From Octopus vulgaris (Eukaryota), in contig OX597815.1 of NCBI GenBank assembly GCA_951406725.2, positions 159,340,001 to 159,404,000 on the forward strand: 64,000 nucleotides of DNA. Reading direction: 5' to 3'. Both the position numbers and the translations under genes were made by a program. Positions 48,307 to 59,639 of this stretch are shown here, one piece after another; the stretch's first letter is position 1; every line of letters begins with the position of its first letter. The notes under the pieces were generated by a model. The model was not told the DNA's origin. It searched no databases and was given only the letters and a program-made list of their open reading frames with translations.

Positions 48307-51300
48307 ACGTTTGTGTATATGTCTGTTTGTCCCCCCAACATCGCTTGACTACCGATAAAAGGCATTTCAAAGTTGGAATATTTTTAACAATGAGAACTTA
48401 GAACTAAGTGAGAAAGAAAATACACATGGATTATATATAAATACAGTGTACATTTAAACACAAAGAGGTAGCCATCATAGGACTACCTACATGCTAGAGA
48501 GGACAGATAAATTCTGAACCACTATTAGAGATAAAAATCGAAGGGAATGAAAAATGAAAACATTTGTGTTTAAATGTACACTGTATTTATACGAATAATG
48601 TATAGTCTTTTGACTAAATTTTTACATGCTAGGCCACTGGTAATGGAAATTTCTAATATTTCTGATTACCTTTTGATAATATAAATACATGAATTATTTA
48701 TAGATAGGAGCAGGTATGGCAATGTGGTTAAGATGCTTGCATTGTAACCATGTAGTTTTGGGTTCAGTCCTACTTCATGGCATCTTGGGTAAATGTCTTC
48801 TACTATAGCCCTGGGTCAACTAATGCCTTAATTTGCTGGATACCCATAGCTCAGTTTTAGGCTTTAACTCTTTAGCATTTAAACCAGTCATATCTGGCTC
48901 AAATATTCTACCTGTTTTATGTTCAAACTGGCCAGATAAAGCCTCTCATACTTGCCCTACAATGTCATTGTAAGGAAAAACAGTCCCATCATCGGAATCT
49001 TGAAGCTACATGATAATGCCTGGTTAATTCAAAACAAAGTGAATAAATGAGCATTATATTTGACAGAGGAGCCTGAATGCTAAAGAGTTAAAATGAACTG
49101 CATAGAAATAAAATATGTGTAGTCTGAAGTCATATCACAAGGCCAAATAAAGGTGGGAAGTGATGACATAAAGGAGGTAAATGAGTCACCATCATCATAA
49201 GTTAATATCTGTTTTCCATGCTGGTATGGGTTGGACCATGTATACCAGTGGTTCCCAAAGTGGGTGGTATTGATCCCCTGGGGGTGGGGGTGGAAAAACA
49301 ACAAAATAACGAGTTCATTAGATTAAGTTTTACTTTTTAAATACAGTCACTTTGAATTTGCTTCAGAGAGAGGTCTATATTTGTGGTGGTTAGTTGAGGT
49401 GGGGGTGCCCAGAATGTGGCCTTGGTATCAAAGGAGCAGCAGCTTGAAAAAGTCTGGGAACCAAAATGCACCAAGACGTGGATGCTGAAATTTCAAAGTG
49501 AATAAGGGCAGGATGGAAGGCATTTGCCTCCTATACGTGCGGGTGGCACGTAAAAAGCACCCACTACACTCACGGAGTGGTTGGCATTAGGAAGGGCATC
49601 CAGCTGTAGAAACACTGCCAGATCTGACTGGGCCTGATGAAGCCTTCCAGCTTCACAGACCCCAGTTGAACCGTCCAACCCATGCTAGCATGGAGAACGG
49701 ACGCTAAATGATGATGATGATGATGATGATATTAAAGTGTGTGCATGTGTGTGTGTGTGTGTCCTTTCTTTTGTCATCATGTGATGGTTGTAAATAAGCA
49801 TCACCATCATACAAGCAATGTTGTTCAACATCCAGTCTTCTATGAAAACCTTAATTATCTTTGGAAAACAGGTGAGGATTGGCAACAGTTCAGGAAGGGC
49901 ATCTGACCATAAAAAAAATGTTTGCTTCTGCATATTCCGTCTGATCCATGCAAGATCCATGCATCTAATGGACATTAGATGATGATGAGGGTGATTGACA
50001 TTTCTTACTGAAATTTCAGCTGTATTCTTTTATACCTTCTGTTAATCATCTGTTAATAATTCTGATATTTTAGAAATAATCAAATTTTAAACAAATAAAA
50101 GTGACATTGCAGGGGTAAAATCAAACAGGCACAGGTTTGGCTGTCTGGTAAGAAGCTTGCTTCCCAACCACATAGTTTGGGGTTCAGTCCCACTGTATGA
50201 CAACTTGGGAAAGTGTCTTCTACTATAGTTCTAGACTGACCAAAACCTTGTGAGTGGATTTGGTAGAAAGAAACTGATAGAAGCCTGTAATATATATAAA
50301 TATATGCGCTGTTGTGACTGTGTGATTAAAAGCTTGCTTTCCAACCACATATTTCTGGGTTCAGTCCCACTGTGTGACATCTTGGGCAAGCGTCTTCTGT
50401 TATTAGTGTTAGGCTAACCAAAGCCTTGTGGGTGGATTTGGCAGATGGTGGATTTGGCAGAACTGAAAGAAGCCTGTTGATTTTTGTATATTTTTTTGAG
50501 TGTGTATGTTTTTGTATTTGTGTTTATCTCTACCACCATTGCTTGACAACTGATGCTGGTGTGTTTATCTTCCTGTAACCTAGTGGTTTGGCAAAAGAAA
50601 CCGATAGATTAAGTACTAGGCTTACAAAGAATAAGTCCTGGTATTAATATCTTTGACTAAAAGCCCCTTTAAGGCGGTGTTCCAGCATGGCTGTAGTCAA
50701 ATGACTGAAACCAGTAGAAGAATAAATGAATAAACAAAAGCAACTACAAAAGACATGGATTAAATGTTCTTAAAATGTAAAACACTGAATAATTTCATTG
50801 TTTGGTGGGGGGGTGGTTTTCTACATCATTCATTTTTCTTTTATTGAATTTGAATTTATCTAAAAGGGAAATTAATATACTTAATAGACTTAGACTAGTA
50901 TCTCATTTGTTATATTACAAATCTTGCAAATCTCCCAGCTTATCTATAATCTTGTATTGTCTTCTTTAAAATCAAATCTGGAAACTAATTATTAAACAAA
51001 ATTAATACAATTAACTTTTCTATATTCTTTGTTTTTTGTTTATTAAAGCATTTTATTTTTGATATATTTATTAAAAAAAAATTTTTTTTCGGTTGCTATT
51101 TTGTTTTTTATTGAATCCTCACAACATTCTTTAAATATTCTTTCCTCAGTATAATCTCCAATAATCACTTAATAAATTCTTGAATTACTTTCATAATTGT
51201 AACTCAGTTAATGGGAAAACATTTTTGCAATTACAGTCGTGCGTTGTTTTTCTTCTTAATAATGATTGATAGCTCTTGGAAAATCCAGCTTTTACTTAAT

Positions 51301-54300
51301 ACTTAAAATTGAATTTGAAAGGTTTAATTTTAATTTTTTAAATGTATTTTTTTACATTTAAAGGGAGAAGAATCGGATTGTTCAATTCCAGAAGAATTAA
51401 ATGAGAATGACACAAATAACAGCATTTCAGGAAGTGTGAATCTCCAGCAGAATTTTATGAAACCTGCCGATTATATTGTCTTAGAGTTTGGAACACCTTC
51501 TTGTAAGTTGAATGCTGTTTTCATGTTTGTTCTGTTATTGCTAGAGATTTTATTTTTTTCACTATGACAGGTTAGTCAAGAGGAAAGGTCTGAGCTGAAA
51601 TTTGTGGTCTGTGCAAGCCTTCTGAGACTGGCGAAATTGATGAGTTTCATCTTAATTTTCGTTTTGAACAAGTGCAAGTTGATGACTTCAGGTAAAAACA
51701 TGGGTGAAAAAGGAATATCCGAGGGATGACACTAGGATTGGTAAAAGTGGTTAATACAGGGCAGGGAAGGGACCTGATATGGGTGGTGAGAGGAGAAGAG
51801 ATGAATGTGTCAGGCACGTTTGGGTAGACATGGTAGGTAACCATCTAATTCCAGTGAACATTGTCATCATCATCATCATTTAACATCCGTTGCCAGCATG
51901 GACAATGGATGTTAAATGATGATGATTGTAGTAGTGGTAGAAAAAAGGAGGATTAGAAGATTGCAAATGTGTGTGGATTATAGGTTGAAATGTTTTGTTT
52001 AATAACTTCATTGTTTAGATTAAGAAGAGTAAGAATTTATTTGTAAGAATGTGTTTTGTATCGGTAATTTAATCTTTAGCATTTAAACCAGTCTTATCTA
52101 TATGTTTTATATTCAAATGAGCCCGATCTGGCCTTTCTCTCACCTACACTGCAATATAATCCTAAAAATAAACAGCTGCATTATCAAAATCTTGAAACTT
52201 TGAGATGATGCATGATTAATTCTAAACAATGTAAATAAATAAGAATTATATTTGACAGAGTGATCTGAATGTTAAAGGGTTAATATGTTCAGTCAGCTTT
52301 GTTTATCTGCAGCTATTTCAATAGTTAAAAATGGGCTTATTTGATCTTGATTAACTGCCATCTACTTTAATTATGTCATTATATTCTGTGCTAATTTAAT
52401 AAGTGTTCTTGCCTTGGTTTATCTAACTATAAAACAGGTACTATGTTTGCTTCAAAATCAATTGTTTAGTTAGAAAGGGAATGAGCATAGAAAAATACCA
52501 AGTAACTGATAGTATATTAAATTTGCACACTATATCCCTATTAATAATCATCATCATTTTATGGCTACTATTCCATACTGGTATAGGTTTGATGAGTTTC
52601 CTATAGCTGTGGTGTGGCTTGATACTCTTCCTGTTGCCCACCCCTTTTAGTAGCCTCTTATAAAATGCAGGGATGCAGTGTACGTTTAAAAAAAAAACAG
52701 GTGTACAAACAGTAAGATTTCAATTTCTATTATGAAGAACCAAAGTAGACTGCTATTTCTTACTGTTTTCTCAATCTTCATTCGGTAATCTTTCTGTTGT
52801 AAAATATTCAGGTATCACACATATACACCTATTCACTTCCACATATGATTACTTTGATATTTCACTCTGTCACTCACAAACTCATTTTTCTGCATGAATA
52901 TTACAATTCCTTTTTTTTTATTATTATTCTTAATGTTCAGATTATCTTGAATTATTTATTTTACTCTGCGTTTGAGTTATAGGAGTTAATTCCCCAAGTT
53001 GAACACCACTCCCTGGCCATTGCATACTTTTAGCATTTGGGCCTGATGTTATAATATGAAAATTACTTGTTCCTTCATCCAACCATTCTGGGAATCTCTT
53101 TAAATTGTCATGGTTGCTGCCCTTTCTCTCTTGGCTAACCCACAAAAGTAATAAATAAATAAAACAAATAAATTGAATAGAATTGGTCAATAAGTTTTTC
53201 TCTGTTTTAATGCTTTTTTTTTCTTGTCTTGGTGTTGTGCCAGAATGACCTCTGCTTGTTGTGTTGAGAAAATATTTTCTCTGTTATCACGAGCTATATA
53301 TTTTGTCCAAACAATCTGTAACAGTAATTTTACTTCACCAGCTATTGTCTATCATTGTCTACAAGTGTCTATCATTCCAATGTGTTAATGGTTATTCAAA
53401 TGTTCCTCATAGAATATTTGACAATACTGCTAATGTCATCGATAATACTCTGCTTAATTGCTGTCAGATTTAATTTCATACATGAAAGAATTGACATTGT
53501 TATAGCAATTTTCTTTTTAAGGTAAGAAAGTATAAGTAAGTAATTGGAGTCAAATATTAGTTCTGTAGACTGAATCTAAGTGCTGCTTCTATAAACTTTT
53601 GGGATGATACTTGGTGCTCTCTAGCATATTGCCATTCACCTCACTGTTTTGCCAGCTTATGTGTGTGAGCAGTCAGAATTCTAGTCTCAGGGTCTCAAAC
53701 ATGCCATTCTACATGTACCTACCATTTAGAGCTTTTGACTCATTTTCACCCAGCATTCTCCATCTATTTGTATCACAGGTTCATCCTCCTCCTCATCATC
53801 ATCATTTAACGTCCGCTTTCCATGCTAGCATGGGTTGGACAATTTGACTGAGGACTGGTGAACCCGATGCCTGCACCAGGCTCCAATCTGATCTGGCAGA
53901 GTTTCTACAGCTGGATGCCCTTCCTAACGCCAACCACTCCGAGAGTGTAGTGGGTGCTTTTACGTGTCACCAGCACGAGGCCCAGTCTGGCGGTACTGGC
54001 AATGGTCACGCTCAAATGGGGTTTTTTACATGCCACCTGCACAGGAGCCAGTCCAGCGGCACTGGCAACAACTGCATCATTGTCTTTCCTACTTAAGTAA
54101 CAGAAACTATTGCCTGTCTCTAAGAAGCCACCAAATATACTTCCAGGACTCCATTTGTTAAGTACTACATATTACTAACTACTGTGTATCTATCAACACT
54201 TGTAAAGCATAGGTTCTTTGCTAGTCTACCAGAAAATCCCACTCCATCTTTTGTGTATTCATTGCTACATTACATAGTTTCTTACTTTTACTTTGCAAAT

Positions 54301-56995
54301 TATCAAGCAGTTCCTCTTTCTAGTCAGCACTTACATGTTGTATTCTAACTAAACACATTCATCTCTACATATGGGCACATTAAACTTTGAATCCAAAACT
54401 ATTCTTCCAAATTTAGATTTCCTCACAGCTTATTAACAAATGTTCCTCTGAGAATCAGGTCATAAATTTATTTAGCTCCTCAAGGACAACCAATTATAAA
54501 CTCATGAATTAAAGCATCAAGGACTTCAGTGCTATAACGAATAGCATAGAACTGAAAATATAGTCCAAGCAAACACCTACTCACACTAACTGTTTGTTTG
54601 AATTCACTGTCAATCTTAATATTCTATAATTAAAAGGTAAAGACCCCCTTTGACCATGAATGACCATGGGATTGCACCTAGAAAGTTGCTATCCAAGGCA
54701 TGAGTCCAGACAAAGTTATTTATGGAAGACCAGCAGTTGCCCATGCATACCAGCCTCCATTCTCCATGCCCCTGGTGTTATCCAAGGGAAAGGCAAAAGC
54801 CAATACAGCTTAGCACCAGTAACATCACAACTCATTTCTACAGCTGAGTGAACTGGAGCAATGGGAAATAAAGTGTCTTGCTCAAGAATACAACACACAA
54901 CCCTGTTTGAGAATTGAACTCACAACCTCATGATTGTGAGTCCGATGCTCTAACCACTGAGCCATGTGCCTTCACATTGCATAATTAAAACATATATTTA
55001 AGGTGTAAGCATTGTGATGTGTTTAAGAAGCTTGCTTTGCAGCCACATGCTTTTAGGTTTAGTCTTACTGTGTGGGACCTTGGGTAAATGATTTCTATAG
55101 CCCCAGGCCAACTAATACCTTTTGATTGAATCTGACAAACAGAACACCTGTCATATGTGTGTGTGTGCGTGCGTGCGTGTATGTGTGTGATCCTCTGTAC
55201 ACATACACCACTTAACAATCAGTGTTGGTTTGTTTACATCCCCTTAGTGGTTTAGTAAAAAGGCTGATAGAATAAGTACCAGACTTAAAGAAGAAACAGA
55301 GGTACTGGGGTGGGTCAGTGTGTTCAGCTAAAATCTTTCAAGTTGGTATCCTAGCAGAGCTTCTGCCCAGTTACTGAAACAAATAAAAGATATAAGATAA
55401 AGACACCTCAATAAATATCATACATATCATACTCTTTTATTCATTTCAACCATGCAGCTGCAGTGATGCACATATCACGTTTCTGCATGTGAGACTGTTA
55501 GCTTCTTCATAATTATGTCACATACACAAAGAAATTTATCTGCTGCTTATGAGCTGCCTAAATATGTTGGTGAATTTGAAGTAGAAGGAAGAAATTTAGG
55601 ATGCTGATCTCTAATTATGTAGAGGACCTGTGAAAGGGTTAGACCCAGGAAGATGTGGGTTGAAGTAAGAAAGGATCTCCAGATACTGGGCTTCATTGAG
55701 ATGACAAGGGACCAAGATTTCTGGTGATTTGCTGTACTTAAGACATGTCAATGCTAAGTGAAGATATACAGACATGTCCATTATGGCCATGCTCCCACTC
55801 CCTTTTCTGGTCAAGAGGTCTTTCTTTGTCTTGCGGGTGCCAGTGCCACATGAAATGCACTTGTGCCAGTGCCACACAAAAGCACCTGTTCCAGTAGCAT
55901 TGAAAAAGCACTCACACACACTGTAAAGGGGTTGGTGTTAGGAAGGGCATCCAGCTGTAGAAACCATCCCAAAACTGGCAATTGAAGTCTGGACAGCCCT
56001 CTGGGTGGCCAGCTCTTGTCAAATCACCCAACCAATGCCAGCATCAAAAACAGACATTAAATGATGATTTCATATAAAGGGCAGACTGTATTGAGATGAT
56101 GTTGGGTATGATTTTGATGTTGCAAAAGAATATGAATTGGAAATGTAAAGGATCTACAATTGCTGCAGGGGAATATGTTGAATTTAGTGTCAGTGCTATA
56201 GTAAAAAAATACTTGCTCAAGGTATTGCAGAGTGGACTGAACTCAAAACCACATGGTTGCAAAGTGAGCTTCTTAACCACACAGCCTTGCTTGTGCCTAT
56301 ACAAAAATTAATTTTCTTTTTTTTTTTCTTTTTTTACATTCTCGTAAACAACAATTACCATATAATAACCATCAGTGGAACGAAGATAAAAATAACTGAA
56401 GAAAGGACAGTGATAATTTGATTTTCCAATTTTTGTATACTAATGACGTTGTAAGATTATATATGTTAAAAGTTTATTATAGAAGTAAAGATAATTCTTG
56501 AGAATTAGCTAATTAAATAACATGGAACTTTCTTTTCTTTTGTCACTTAAAGGTAGTTGGGAGAAAAATGTTGTCAGCTCAAAGCAAAAAGATTACAATA
56601 CTCGGTCAACAACAGGTTAGTATTTGTAAGTGGAATAACACGGCACCAACTTATTTTACTTACCAGTTTCTCTGTCCGTTATCCATCTTTTATACCTGTG
56701 GTGCTATTTGCTATCATTTTGCCACCTGATGGTGGTGCTTGCTATGATTGCTTACTGCTCTGTGCTTTTGGCTCATTCTACTTATTCCTTCATATTTTGT
56801 CTGTTACAGAGTTAAATAGTATTCTCATTGGCAATATCTTCCATTAAATGTTCTTTGCAATTTTCAGTATAGCCTTTTTTTTATCATTATTAAACAATTT
56901 TTTTTTTCAGCTGTTGTACAAAGTAGTATTTTTGCTTCAGTCTTTCACCAGAACTCACCAGCAGCATTTTAACTAAGATAATGCTAATAATAATG

Positions 56996-57042
<47 letters not shown>

Positions 57043-57387
57043 TGATGCTAGACATTATTAGATTATTCAACCTCATCAACAGCACGTTTAGAAGCAGGTA
57101 ATATTATTATTCAAAGCATGAGGGTCACAGGCTTCCTTGGTGATGCTACTCTTTCTAAAGTACCTCTACCAAATTTCTTTCTAACCTTTCTTTCACTGAA
57201 TTCCAATGTGCAAAAATCCATATGTCAGCTACAAAAATGGTCCCCTATTATCAGAATAATTTTTCATGGCGCTTTCATAATTATACTTTGGCTACATGAA
57301 TAACTGCTTTCTAAAACCAAGTTAGCTCTTATTCTGTGTATGTACACACAAACATATATAAATATAAGTATGTGTATATATATGTAG

Positions 57388-57425
<38 letters not shown>

Positions 57426-59606
57426 GACAATGGAATGCTAAAAGCACCATCCAAGGGTGATCATTGTCAGGGCCACTGACTGGCTCCTGTGCCGGTGGCA
57501 CATAAAAAGACAATTTGAGCGTGATCGTTGCTAACATCGCTTTACTGGCACATGTGCTGGGGGCATGTGAAAAACAACACTCGAGCATGGTTGTTGCCAG
57601 TGCCGCTGGACTGGCTCCCCTGCAGGTGGCATGTAAAGAACACCTTTTGAGCGTGGTCGTTGCCAGTATTGCCTGGCTGGCCTTCATGCAAATGGCACAT
57701 AAAAGCATCCACTACACTCTCGGAGTGGTTGGCGTTAGGAAGGGCATCCAGCTGTAGAAACTTTGCCACATCAGATTGGAGCCTGGTGCAGCCTTCTGGC
57801 TCGCCAGTCCTCAGTCGAACTGTCCTACCCATGCTAGCATGGAAAGTGGGCGTTAAATGATGATGATATGTATATATATCATTATCATCGTCTAATGTCT
57901 GTTTTCCATACTAGCGTGGTTTGGACGGTTTGACTGAGCTCTGGAGAGCCAGTGGCTGCACCAGGCTCCAATCTAGTCTGGCAATGTTTCTACAGCTGGA
58001 TGCCCTCCTAACGCCAACATCTCAGAGAGTGTAGTGAGTGCTTTTTATGTGCCACCAGCACAGGAGCCAGTCAGCGGGTACTAGCATCGGCCATGTTCGG
58101 ATGGTGCTTTTTATGTGCTACTGGCATGGGAGCCAGTCGGAAGGTGTTTTTTATGTGCCACTGGCACGGGGGGGGGGGGGGCAGTCCTGGCATCGATCAC
58201 ATTTGGATAGCACTTTTTACATGCCACCAGCACAGGGGCCAGTCAGGGAGTACTGGCATCAGCCATGTTCGGATGGTGCTTTTTATGTGCCATTGGCATG
58301 GGAGCTAGTCAGGCGGACCTGGCAACAACGATGTTTGGATCGTGCTTTTTACATACCACCAGCATGGGAGCTAGTCAGGAGACACTGGCATCGACCACGT
58401 TCTAATGATGCATTTTACATGCCACCGGAACAGGAGCCAGTTTGAGGGCACTTGCCACAGCTATGATTTTAGTTTTACTTGGCTCAACAGGTCTTCTAAA
58501 GCATATCATATCACATGACATATTAGGGGTAATCTTAAATGAGCCAGACATGCAACACTGGCATCGGCTATGGTAGTGATCTCAATTTAGTTGCTGGGCC
58601 TTCTCAATCACAGCATATCTCCAAAGATCTTGGTCTCCTGTCATTGTTCTCCTGTCAATGTTCAAAGGTCATGCTTCACCACTTCATCCCATGTCTTCCT
58701 GGGCTACCTCTTCTACAGGTTTCTTCCACAGTTAGGGAATGGCATTTCCTCACACTGCTGTTGTCATACGTATGTAACACATGACCAAACCAGCACAGTC
58801 GTCTCTCTTGCACACCATATTTGTTGCTTCTTATGCCCAACTTTTCTCAACAGAGTGCTTACATTCTGTCATGTATGTACACTGACATTACTCATCCAGT
58901 GGATCATACTAGCTTCATTTCTTTCAAGCCTACACATGTCCTCAGCTGTCACGGCCCATGTTTCACTGCCGTGTAGCATGGCAGTTTGTACACATGCATC
59001 ATACAGTCTACCTTTCATCCTGAGTGAGAGGACCTTAGCTGCCAGCTGTGGTAGGAGCTCCCTGAACTTTGCCCAGGCTATTCTTATTCTAGCCACTACA
59101 CTCTCAGAGCAACCACCCCAACTACAAACTTGCTCGCCTAGGTAGCAGACACTATTAGCTACTTCTAGTTTTTACCCCTGGTGTGTGATGGAATCTGTTT
59201 TCTGTACATCTTCAGTGCTTATTGCCTTTGTGCATCTGCCTCAGACAACAACTATCTTCCTGGTTGACCTTTCTTTGATATTGCTACACCTTTTATGTGG
59301 CCATAGCTTACACTGGGTACATCGTATGGAGTTTCTAGCTACGCCTTTTCCACAGATTGAGCAGAGCCATCTACCTCAAGGGATTTGTGACTTGACAGCC
59401 TTCCTACTTACTAAGACTTTGGTTTTTGCTAAGTTAACCCTAAGGCCCTTCGATTGTAGATCTTGCTCCTACACCCTAAACTTTGTCTCTAGTTCTGGTA
59501 GTGACTCAGCTATATATGTATATATATATATATTTGTGCATATATATGTGTGTATATATGTGTATGTATATATGTGTATTTGTGTGTGTGTGTATGTATA
59601 AATATG

Positions 59607-59639
<33 letters not shown>

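Noticed and set aside
25955-53190. Nested antisense gene from scattered minus-strand ORFs (25955, ~33100-33330, 52942)
   Set aside because: Stops, no consistent splice chain and no recognisable homology; probably old TE debris
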